From NCBI GenBank assembly GCA_048938295.1, contig JBHLMI010000002.1, positions 7,279-71,278 of the forward strand: a DNA stretch of 64,000 nucleotides. Direction: 5' to 3'. This document shows positions 8,871-17,888 of the stretch, piece by piece. The position numbers were made by a program, and so were the translations under genes. The notes under the pieces were generated by a model, which worked only from the letters and a program-made list of their open reading frames with translations, searched no databases and was not told where the DNA came from. The stretch comes from Promethearchaeota archaeon (GTDB lineage: Archaea > Asgardarchaeota > Hermodarchaeia > Hermodarchaeales > Hermodarchaeaceae). Each line of letters begins with the position of its first letter. The stretch's first letter is position 1.

Positions 8871-11054
8871 GTGGGTAATCGGAGGTCTAGCGCAATGGAG
8901 CAGAACGGTATAGGTGCCGACGATCGAAGCGTAGTCATGCAGCCAGCTCTGAAACTTGAGGGATATTGCGTCAAAGTTGAGGGGGAAGAGCTCCCCCTTT
9001 ACAGTGGCTCGGTCGATTATTGGCGAATTCCATCCAATAAATGGGAGGCGGTTCTTACTCGTATAGCAGGTTTAGGCTTCCGAATGGTTTCAGTAGCGAT
9101 TCCATGGAATATACATGAAGTAGCTAGTGACCTGTTTGATTTTGGTAAGACCAATAAACAACGCGACATCGAAGCGTTTCTTACCCTTTGCCGAGAAAAG
9201 GGACTCTATGTGATTGTGCACCTGGGACCCTGTCTTGACGCTGAACTTAATTACTATGGTTTTCCGAAACGCCTGCTCTATGATCCCGAGATTCAGGCTG
9301 TGAGTGCCTACGGGACCCGTGTGATAATTCCTGCAATACCGAATCCATTTCCTATGCCAAGCTATGCAAGTGAAAAGTTCTATGATGAGGTATCTAAGTT
9401 CTTTGATGTGGTCTGTCCTATAATCACTCGACATCTTGCACCCGGTGGTCCAATTATCGGAGTCCACATCGACAATGATTTACCACGCATCTTTTTGAAT
9501 GGTCCATTCAGCGCTGATTATTCAGCCCATGCTTTACGGTGGTATCATGAATTTCTGAATAGTAAGTATCCATCGATTGGGGGGTTGAACAGAGCCTATC
9601 GTACCCGGTACAGTCGGTTCACTGAAATCGAACCACCTCGAGCCCTAGCAGCCACTGAGCATGAAGCCCTCCCCAGGTACCTCGATTGGATGGAATTCCA
9701 AGAATACTATGTGGGGTTAGCCCTTAGCGTGCTGGCTAGCTTGCTTTGGTCACGTGGAGTCCGAGGAGTCCTTACTCTGCACAATACCCGATCCATCTAC
9801 CCTACCTTGCCCTTGTCTGTTGGGCGAACAGAAAAGGAGTTAGATATTCAAGGCGTCGGGCTCTATCTCAGTCAGTCACATTATGACAGAATTCGACGTG
9901 GTGCGTTATACCTTAGTACTGTGAGTCGTTCACCCTACATTTCTGAGGGGGGAATAGGCGTTTGGCCTTGGGGTCCAGGTTTGCAGCCCACCGATCAGCA
10001 GTTTGCGATACTCGTTGCGTTGATGTATGGATTTCGAGGATTTAATGCCCATATGCTGGTTGGGCGAAATCGTTGGCTTGGAAGTCCCATATCAGAGATA
10101 GGTGAAGCCGATGATGCCAACTCAGCATTCATGAAGCGATTACTTGAGGTGTTAAATGCTGTTGAATTCCATACTTTACAGCGCAACGTCCCTGTATTGT
10201 TGCTGCGCAACTTCGAGTATGAGCGGCTCCAACGCATGTGCACAAACTCCAATTGGCTGACCCATATGTTGGGAATTCCAGACGATTTGTTACTGGGTAA
10301 CCGAACATTTAGTTATACGGAAACGATCCAGAAAGCCTATCCCGCTCTGTGGGATGCCTACTATTGGGGATTGACCCTATCTAAGATCCCCTTTGCCATC
10401 GGTGATAGCACCATGGACCTGCCAGCGTTAAACCGATATCAGGCCCTGATTATTCCGAGTTTCGATTTTATGTCCGATGAGCTGCAGTCCAAGATAATGG
10501 ATTTTGTCGAACGAGGTGGTACAGCCATTCTTGGTCCGGAACTACCCTACCTGGGAATGGATATGCGTGGGTGCTCCGTGATAGCTGACCGTGCAGGCAT
10601 TCAGCCCACATCGACCCGTCGACCATTAGTTGGGCTTCACGATCCCTTTACTCTTATAGATGATAAAATTCAAGTGGGAAACCGTTCCGCTGGGGAAGTC
10701 AAGCAGGTAGGTAAAGGGACAATTGTCTATCTTGGAATAACAATGCCTCCAACCCTGAATCGTGATGAAGCAATGGAAGCAGAAACTGTTATCACCAAAT
10801 CCTTGAAGCATCTAAACTTGAGTGCTATAGGAGATGCACAAAATCCATCTGTTGATGAAATTCATTGGGGTGTTCGGGCCCCTAATGTAATCTTTCAGGT
10901 AAACGCTACTAACCAACCACAATCAGTTACCCTAAAGGTAGCCAAACGCGTGATAATTCGAGATCTTTGGACCGGTGAACAGCTACCTGATAAAGGTCCT
11001 CAGGAAATCGAACTACAAGCCCATGAATTACGTATTTTCGAGGTGGTTCGATGA
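8871..11054 (+). CDS. GH35/GH42-like glycoside hydrolase (beta-galactosidase superfamily) with altered signature
   Basis: APGGPIIGVHIDNDLP resembles the family-35 signature G-G-P-[LIVM](2)-x(2)-Q-x-E-N-E-[FY], but with H-I-D-N-D in place of Q-x-E-N-E. N-terminal TIM-barrel-like region. The true start may be the internal M at 8895. Confidence 0.6.
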   Translation: MGNRRSSAMEQNGIGADDRSVVMQPALKLEGYCVKVEGEELPLYSGSVDYWRIPSNKWEAVLTRIAGLGFRMVSVAIPWNIHEVASDLFDFGKTNKQRDIEAFLTLCREKGLYVIVHLGPCLDAELNYYGFPKRLLYDPEIQAVSAYGTRVIIPAIPNPFPMPSYASEKFYDEVSKFFDVVCPIITRHLAPGGPIIGVHIDNDLPRIFLNGPFSADYSAHALRWYHEFLNSKYPSIGGLNRAYRTRYSRFTEIEPPRALAATEHEALPRYLDWMEFQEYYVGLALSVLASLLWSRGVRGVLTLHNTRSIYPTLPLSVGRTEKELDIQGVGLYLSQSHYDRIRRGALYLSTVSRSPYISEGGIGVWPWGPGLQPTDQQFAILVALMYGFRGFNAHMLVGRNRWLGSPISEIGEADDANSAFMKRLLEVLNAVEFHTLQRNVPVLLLRNFEYERLQRMCTNSNWLTHMLGIPDDLLLGNRTFSYTETIQKAYPALWDAYYWGLTLSKIPFAIGDSTMDLPALNRYQALIIPSFDFMSDELQSKIMDFVERGGTAILGPELPYLGMDMRGCSVIADRAGIQPTSTRRPLVGLHDPFTLIDDKIQVGNRSAGEVKQVGKGTIVYLGITMPPTLNRDEAMEAETVITKSLKHLNLSAIGDAQNPSVDEIHWGVRAPNVIFQVNATNQPQSVTLKVAKRVIIRDLWTGEQLPDKGPQEIELQAHELRIFEVVR

Positions 11055-11842
11055 GACGTCTCGACCAGAATTTTGAATTTGTGAATATGAAGAGCGCTCA
11101 TTGGTTCAATTTACTGTCCAGCTTACCCCAATTTACGAGCGAGCGTGGAGCACTTTTTCTACTATACAAAGGAGCTGAAATCATCCATGCTTTTCATTCA
11201 CTCCAAGGTATCCGACCAGACCTCACGGGTCCCTTTTCCACGCCCTCCATCCTTGTGCAGCAGATGCAACAACGAGAAGATGTTGATGCAGTCTTTATGA
11301 TTGAGCAGGGACTCGTTCTCTATCTGATTGCGAAGATGCAGGGTGCTTTTACTCCAGAAATGGACATCTTCCAATACTTGGAACTGGCTCAAACCAGCCT
11401 GGAAGAGGAAATCGGGAGACGAGTTTATATTTGGCCTCAGGAATTCTGGAATAAGGGTTTGTTTAAACTCTTCGAACGGACACGCAATGTATTGGACGCG
11501 TTACCTAGTAACTATATTTGTCTTCTCACAGTCTTTGAGGAGAACTCCATCTGGGCAAGTCTGATCATCGAAGGAGTAAACGGCCAAATCCATCGAATTA
11601 CCTCCACACAGGCATTAGAGCCAGTGGCAATTACGATTTCTGATTGGCAAACAGATTATCCAAAATTACTTGAGCTCGTTACAAAAAAAATTGGCTCCCC
11701 CACCTTGGGAGTGTTTACCGATGATGAAACACTCCGTTTTCTATTGCGTAGTGAGACACCACTTGAGTTTATCCGCCAGGCCCGTCGAACGAATCAGATT
11801 ATATTAGATCCTTTGCCCAGCCAGATTCGTAATCAACTCTAG
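11051..11842 (+). CDS. Hypothetical protein, translationally coupled to the glycosidase
   Basis: Its ATG overlaps the TGA of the upstream gene (ATGA at 11051-11054). No motif recognised. Confidence 0.55.
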   Translation: MRRLDQNFEFVNMKSAHWFNLLSSLPQFTSERGALFLLYKGAEIIHAFHSLQGIRPDLTGPFSTPSILVQQMQQREDVDAVFMIEQGLVLYLIAKMQGAFTPEMDIFQYLELAQTSLEEEIGRRVYIWPQEFWNKGLFKLFERTRNVLDALPSNYICLLTVFEENSIWASLIIEGVNGQIHRITSTQALEPVAITISDWQTDYPKLLELVTKKIGSPTLGVFTDDETLRFLLRSETPLEFIRQARRTNQIILDPLPSQIRNQL

Positions 11843-11857
11843 CATTCGACCGTCAAA

Positions 11858-12892
11858 TTATCGTCTTCGCCACACATAGAACGCCAAAACGAATACCACT
11901 ATGATAATCAAGACACCGCCGATGAGGAGGCCTAGCTCGGGTAGAATGCCACTGGGTGTTAAGGGTGGATCTCCCAAATCAACTTGAAGTGACAAATTGC
12001 CAAGATAGCTATCATCAAGTACAGGATGAGGTGCCGTGTTGTCACACATCTCAGCAAAGTATGGAAATGCTGGGAAAACCACCGTTGTAATGTAGTTGCG
12101 ACTCAGTGGGGCAGCGAATGCGAAGGCTTCCTCGACAGTCACTTCACCATCGGTATTAGAATCGGCGGATCCGTTGATTAGAGCATTTGTGAAAAAGTGA
12201 GTGAAGACCTCTCCGATAATGGGTAGTCCTTCTTCGGGCGATCCGGCCCAGCCGTATTCGTCCGCTTCCGTCGATGCGATGTGAATATGGGGTGAGGGAT
12301 CATCATAGAGGGGGTTAAGTAACAATTCAGATGTACACGAGGCAACGACGAAGAGCTTTTCTTGACTTTCAAGGTTCATCCATTGCTGTGGGAACCAGGT
12401 ATTCCAGTAAGCATCCGAGAGAAGATAGTTACCGTGGGCAAAAACGAAAAACAACACGATATCATTAGCATCTGCATTCATTGCGAGAAAGTGAAGCGCA
12501 GCTTCCCCGGCTTGCTGAGTAATTTCGCCTTGATGGATGAGAATATGGTGGGTTTGCCAACCCAATGTCTGAAGGGTTAAATTCCATTTCTGCGAGTCGG
12601 CATACCCGGTGTCCAAATCATTGCCAGAGGAATAGAAATTCATTTCCATCAAAACCGCCCAGCCTTCCCGAGGATTCTCGTTGGATTGGATGGAAGAACC
12701 TACTGGAGCGGCAGCGATCCCGGCTAGACAGGACAGAGAACCAAGTAGTAATAACAGGAGAAAATACCAGTGAATTTGACCTTGTAGGGATAGGTTCACG
12801 ATGTACCCACCTGTACGAAACCTCTTCAAGTTTATTATTACGGATTCAAAATACTTTGGTCTTTTCAATATGTAAAAAGAGAAAGGGACCAC
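11858..12892 (-). CDS. Clan CD cysteine peptidase-like protein (C13 legumain/GPI8-like), secreted with C-terminal membrane anchor
   Basis: Hydrophobic block then His-Gly (VLFFVFAHGN), and 33 residues later a hydrophobic block then Cys (LFVVASCTSE), as in caspase/legumain His-Cys dyads. N-terminal signal-like segment. C-terminal TM plus RRR tail. Confidence 0.45.
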   Translation of the reverse strand: MVPFSFYILKRPKYFESVIINLKRFRTGGYIVNLSLQGQIHWYFLLLLLLGSLSCLAGIAAAPVGSSIQSNENPREGWAVLMEMNFYSSGNDLDTGYADSQKWNLTLQTLGWQTHHILIHQGEITQQAGEAALHFLAMNADANDIVLFFVFAHGNYLLSDAYWNTWFPQQWMNLESQEKLFVVASCTSELLLNPLYDDPSPHIHIASTEADEYGWAGSPEEGLPIIGEVFTHFFTNALINGSADSNTDGEVTVEEAFAFAAPLSRNYITTVVFPAFPYFAEMCDNTAPHPVLDDSYLGNLSLQVDLGDPPLTPSGILPELGLLIGGVLIIIVVFVLAFYVWRRR

Positions 12893-12978
12893 CCACTAAT
12901 CTGTCATGAGGAATTGAATACAGCTTTTCAAAACAGAGGCGAGATTTTTAGTTGGAGAGATCAAACTTGGGCCAAACA

Positions 12979-13824
12979 CTAGGATGACCTACGTGTAATC
13001 TCAGCTAACCGTTTACGTAGTTGCTTCCGCTTGCGTTTATAGAAACTCGGACTGATTCGGTTTTCGGAGTGTTGAAGTTCAAGGGCACCAAGGAGATTGA
13101 GGATGGCTTCTCTCTCGATTTCTGTCTCAGAAAGGCGGGCAGAAGGTGCACCTGTAAGCGCTTCTGTGTGAACTAATTTCGATGAGACATCTACATCAAC
13201 GGTCTCAGGCGCTTCATAGCGGATGATGACTTTCTCAGAATCAAGGTCATCGATGTGTGACTGGAACTTTGATTCAATCTCATCCCGTGACTGCGAAGTG
13301 ACGATTAGTTCATCGTGAATGGCAAGGGCAGCTGGACGATTCTTCAAAAGTGGTCTAAGCCATTTTGGCAGGTCCTGATCGCGAGTATCCTCCTCATCAT
13401 CGTATTCAGTAGCTTCGCGTTCATCAGGAATCGAAGGGGTTGGTTCTGATGATTCAGCATTACTTCGTTGTCTTTGCAGTGTTCGGTAGCGACGTCGAGT
13501 GTCCAGACGATGCCTAGCTCGCTGTGCCTGCAGTCTTGACCGATCTCCAGAAATTTCGACACCCCACGCTGCAACAGATACGACACCAAAGACCCCAGCA
13601 ATGATGAAGAAGAGTAATGCAGAGAAGAGAAGCAGCGTAAAGACATCATGATTCGTTATCGAAAAAAACATTGAACCGTAAAATAAGACTATACCACCCA
13701 CGAGGCACCCAATGAACCCTAACACAAATACATACCGAGAAGGAATTGGCCTCCTAAATCTTCTTTGTGATCGAGACGCCGTATGACTGTTTAGATTGCC
13801 TTCCGAAGCTTGCTGAATTCTCAT
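12979..13824 (-). CDS. Membrane protein with charged cytoplasmic domain
   Basis: Two N-terminal TM helices, an acidic linker, and a C-terminal helical segment with a KRKRKQLRKRL tail (SHOCT-like). Confidence 0.5.
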   Translation of the reverse strand: MRIQQASEGNLNSHTASRSQRRFRRPIPSRYVFVLGFIGCLVGGIVLFYGSMFFSITNHDVFTLLLFSALLFFIIAGVFGVVSVAAWGVEISGDRSRLQAQRARHRLDTRRRYRTLQRQRSNAESSEPTPSIPDEREATEYDDEEDTRDQDLPKWLRPLLKNRPAALAIHDELIVTSQSRDEIESKFQSHIDDLDSEKVIIRYEAPETVDVDVSSKLVHTEALTGAPSARLSETEIEREAILNLLGALELQHSENRISPSFYKRKRKQLRKRLAEITRRSS

Positions 13825-14367
13825 CGCTTTATTACATTCCCTTGGTTGTCTCTTATTCTATATTCACCAAATTTTTAATTATCGGGTATTAGGAGCGAAG
13901 CAATCCCACATGGGCCAGAATGAGAATGAAAAAGATGATGAGCCCAATATAAAATGCAAATGCGCCTATCCATTTGATGAAATCTACGGGAAGGAATAAT
14001 TGCCAAACTAGGTAGGGAGCAAGTGTGTAGAGTGTAAACCCAATTAGCACACAAAACACTCCACAAAAAAGTAGAATGAGGAACACTCAACGGTTTGGCC
14101 TCCTTTGAACAGGAGAATAAATTTTGTCTGATCTGGGCTCGATTTCCATCCACCTCCAACTTACAAATGAAAATCGTCCCATAAATCATATCGGTTTCAT
14201 ATCAGAAGAGAATTATCAGGGCTTAGAAAGAGGTCTAGGAGGTTGTTACACAGCTATTTCGATCTTCAAGCCTGATTCACTTGGAAGGTTTTTCCATCTC
14301 TATTACATGAAATTTTGATGACACTCACATTGAAATTCCGAAATTAGATTCAAAAGATCGTTTTGTA

Positions 14368-17322
14368 CTATTTCTTTATTTTAAACTGGAGAGTACGAAT
14401 CTGAAAGGGAGCAATACTCATTTCAACATGAGATGTATTTGCGACTGCTAGTGGAGTATCGCTAGTTGGTTCTTCATTAAGGTTGACGGGAGTAACCTTT
14501 GTAACCTCCAAGTGGGTTTGGATTCTTGCCATTCCTGTAGCTCCGCTAATTTCGTATACGCGGAGAATGGTTGAATCGGTGTTTTCGGATTTCTTCAAAC
14601 AGCTAAAGGTGCAGTGGGGATTATCGATTGAAAGAAAGCTTTGATCAGGTGGAAGGTGGCCATTATTTGTAATGGAAAGTTGGATGGCTCTCATTGGAGT
14701 AACAAAGAGTTGGGTTTGTTGTAGTGTTTGCTTATTTCTCCATGACTTGGGATGAGGGAATATAGAATAGTGCATGGTATGATGCCCTAAGCATTGTGCC
14801 TTGGGCGTTGCGAGTTCTGGACCTGCGTGTCCACGGCGGGTCGTTAAGTCAGCCCGGGAAAGCGATCCAACTGATCGAAGGAGTGTCAAGGCAATAGTAC
14901 GTTTTTCGTCATCAATCACCTCGTATTCAGGGAGCCCTCGCGTGGCGATAAGCAAACCTGCCTTGCCATCATTTACATCTACGAAGCTTTGGAGGGCATG
15001 TGTGGTTGCGGAGTCTTCGAACCAACCAAGGGGTTTACCCGGAATATTTGGTGCTTTGAGAATTGAGGTGAGGTAGTAGTCTATCATCATGGGGTAGAGC
15101 TGAGCTTCCCAGGTTTGAGAAGCAGCTTTAATTGGTCGTTCTGTGACATGGAACGGAGTATCGGCACATGCGGTGGTAGTGTTTAGGTCTGTTGGGAAAA
15201 GGACCCGGAGTCGGTGGTCCTTTGCCGTATTGGTTAATATGGTTTGAATATCGACTCGTGGAGAATAGGCAGATACTGTGATTAGACTTTGAATGGGTAT
15301 TGTCACTCTCTGGGAGCTTCGGCGTTGGCGATTAGTGAGGATTTCTTTTGGAACTCTAATCCTTGTTGAAATCAAGAGTGAAGCTGTGATTGGCCCCGCT
15401 TCAACTACGCTTATCCTTGTGTTCGGTACGTCTTGCGTGGTGATACAGGAATCCTGAGCGGGAGGACAGTAGTTGTATTCGTCACCGATATCACCTGTGT
15501 CTTCCAAAACGTGAAGATTGGTGTACTCTTTGTGTGTGGGTTTATGGTAGAGAGTGACTGAACCGTTTCGGGTAGATATGTATAGTCGTATGAACGTGTT
15601 TTCAATAGAATACACTTTATCCTCTTGTTTAACTGAGAGGAGGGGAGTTGACGGGGTTAAATCATTAGAGGCTCGTTGGGCTAAATAGAAGGTGGCGTGT
15701 CCGAGTCCAGGAATGTCCCGCGCAGGAAAAGTGACCAACAGATAGTCTGTAAGATTTGGGACGTATGTTTCACCTGCATAGGGTTCAGGAAGGGTGTGAA
15801 CAGCAATTGACCTATTTATGGCTGGATCGAGAGCTGTTGCTTTCTGACATTGGAAGGGAACAGCTTCTCCAACTGAATTATAGAGGACGAAGGGATTGGC
15901 ACCGTCTACGCGGTTAGGTAGGTGAAGAAGAATGCGGACAATATCTGTTGCGTTCCACGAATGTGGGTTGAACACCCGTAATGCAACAAGCAGTTCATGT
16001 GGTAGCGTTGAAGGAGAAGTGGAAGTGGTTTGCTGGTTAACATACGAAATGGCTTCGCTGAGCAACTGATTTCCGATTTGTTGAACTCCTGCGAACCGTC
16101 GGTCCATATCAGCGTGAGTTGCGTCGACACTGCAACCGCAGATAGAATCATGGGGGTGGTTCTGGAGGAGAAGTTTCCAAGCGTATTGGAGAGGAACCGT
16201 AGGGTAGGGAGCTCCAAGCCACCAAGCGATTGTGCTAAAGGGTTCAACCCACCGTTCGAGCAGTTGTTGGCAGATGAAATTTTTTTGTTTAAGATAGAGA
16301 CGAGAGGAAAATACACCGGGAAGAACGGGGACATACTTGCTGGCGTGTTGTTCTCCTTCAATAATCGGCAATTCTGTGAGGATCACTTCGTTTCGGACGA
16401 TATCGATATAGTCCTGTAGCGTACCGTGATGGAATGTGACTCCTTGTAATTCTTTGAGGAAGTCAGTAAACAATTGGTCAATGAATGGACTGAGTTCATC
16501 AAGACCAGTTACTTCTTTGTCTATAGGACTTTTCCCGAACTCACTAAGTAATTGTGTAACTTGTTTTCCTGCCAAAATATCCTGTGATTGGAGACGTTGA
16601 TTCAATGCCTGAATGAGTGGGGGAAGATGGGGTTGAGGGGGAAGGTGGTCACTTCCGTTCATGAGAAGAGCAGCGGATGTGGTTCCTCTTAGAGATAGAA
16701 CATTTAGTGGCATAAGGAGTTGAGCCAATGCTGAATCCACAGAATCTGGGAGATTTGCTGCAGTTGAATAACTCGTCCGTAAATGAATAAGGAGCACTTC
16801 TGAGCCATCAGGTGCTCGCCAACGAAGTTCTGTTGGCAGAGTTCTTCCGTGATCTTCTAATCCGCGCCACCAAATACTAGCCGTAATGTCGAAACCGTTG
16901 AGAATCTGGGGAAGTTGAGCGATGTGTCCAAAAGGATCGGGGACATATCCTATGGACATCACATTTCCAAATTGACTTGCGGTTTGACTTCCATAGAGTA
17001 AATTACGGATCAGTGATTCTCCGCTGACTAAAAATTCGTCAGCGAGTACATACCATGGACCAATTTGTATGCGATTTTGACTAATGAGTTGCTGCAATCG
17101 ATTGCGGTTTTCTGGTCGGAGCGCAAGATAGTCCTCGAGGATAATGGTCTGGCCATCTAAGTTGAAGTAGCGATATTTCGGATTGTTTTCCATGAGTTCG
17201 ATGAGCTGATCTAAAGTCTTAACCAGTAGCCACCGGAAATCTTCAAAGGGAAGATACCATTCGCGATCCCAATGCGTATGACTGACCAGGATCACTTTTT
17301 GAAGCTTTGGCATCTTAAACAC
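14368..17322 (-). CDS. GH38 alpha-mannosidase
   Basis: N-terminal VILVSHTHWDREWYLPFE metal-binding signature of family 38, 984 aa length and domain order. Confidence 0.85.
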   Translation of the reverse strand: MFKMPKLQKVILVSHTHWDREWYLPFEDFRWLLVKTLDQLIELMENNPKYRYFNLDGQTIILEDYLALRPENRNRLQQLISQNRIQIGPWYVLADEFLVSGESLIRNLLYGSQTASQFGNVMSIGYVPDPFGHIAQLPQILNGFDITASIWWRGLEDHGRTLPTELRWRAPDGSEVLLIHLRTSYSTAANLPDSVDSALAQLLMPLNVLSLRGTTSAALLMNGSDHLPPQPHLPPLIQALNQRLQSQDILAGKQVTQLLSEFGKSPIDKEVTGLDELSPFIDQLFTDFLKELQGVTFHHGTLQDYIDIVRNEVILTELPIIEGEQHASKYVPVLPGVFSSRLYLKQKNFICQQLLERWVEPFSTIAWWLGAPYPTVPLQYAWKLLLQNHPHDSICGCSVDATHADMDRRFAGVQQIGNQLLSEAISYVNQQTTSTSPSTLPHELLVALRVFNPHSWNATDIVRILLHLPNRVDGANPFVLYNSVGEAVPFQCQKATALDPAINRSIAVHTLPEPYAGETYVPNLTDYLLVTFPARDIPGLGHATFYLAQRASNDLTPSTPLLSVKQEDKVYSIENTFIRLYISTRNGSVTLYHKPTHKEYTNLHVLEDTGDIGDEYNYCPPAQDSCITTQDVPNTRISVVEAGPITASLLISTRIRVPKEILTNRQRRSSQRVTIPIQSLITVSAYSPRVDIQTILTNTAKDHRLRVLFPTDLNTTTACADTPFHVTERPIKAASQTWEAQLYPMMIDYYLTSILKAPNIPGKPLGWFEDSATTHALQSFVDVNDGKAGLLIATRGLPEYEVIDDEKRTIALTLLRSVGSLSRADLTTRRGHAGPELATPKAQCLGHHTMHYSIFPHPKSWRNKQTLQQTQLFVTPMRAIQLSITNNGHLPPDQSFLSIDNPHCTFSCLKKSENTDSTILRVYEISGATGMARIQTHLEVTKVTPVNLNEEPTSDTPLAVANTSHVEMSIAPFQIRTLQFKIKK

Positions 17323-17539
17323 CGAACGAGGTACTTAAGAGGATAGGTGTGTGGTTCGTTGACTTATACTCTTGTGTCGTTCGCAACATGAAAGCGGTAA
17401 TTGTTTTCATCCAAAGTCTTAGTGTTTGAAATTTCACGTCAAAGGGCATGGTTCGGGCTTTTGGCAAGCTGTTCACTTATCGCCGACCCTCTCTGGCTTT
17501 TAGTATGCAAGTGTTCAATCTTTCTTCTGAGGAGGCGTA

Positions 17540-17797
17540 TTGAACGTGACCTATCTGGTGCAACCTCAAGCAGAAGCCGATCGTATTTTATGGGAAGTTC
17601 TTCGTGAGCTTCAACCACATCGTGACCCCACCCAGCATAGTGCGATGCTAAGAGCCAACCAAGTACAACGGCTCCGACCCCTATTAGATTATGTTTGTCG
17701 ACTTCATTGGCGGGCAGGACCCACTGAGGAAGGGGAGGCGGCCTTGAAGCGTTTCGTCTACAGATTTCTGAGCGGGGATATCCCGTTTTATGATTAG
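17540..17797 (+). CDS. Small hypothetical protein
   Basis: 85 aa ORF in a gap between two minus-strand genes. GAGGAGG lies 6-8 nt upstream of a TTG/alternative start. Confidence 0.3.
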   Translation: MNVTYLVQPQAEADRILWEVLRELQPHRDPTQHSAMLRANQVQRLRPLLDYVCRLHWRAGPTEEGEAALKRFVYRFLSGDIPFYD

Positions 17798-17888
17798 TGA
17801 TGCTTCAGCCATTACTTAAAAGAAGGTTTGAGGAGAGGAGCCCAGCCGCTGGGGGTATCCTCTCCTTAGACATTCATCTCGTGGATTC

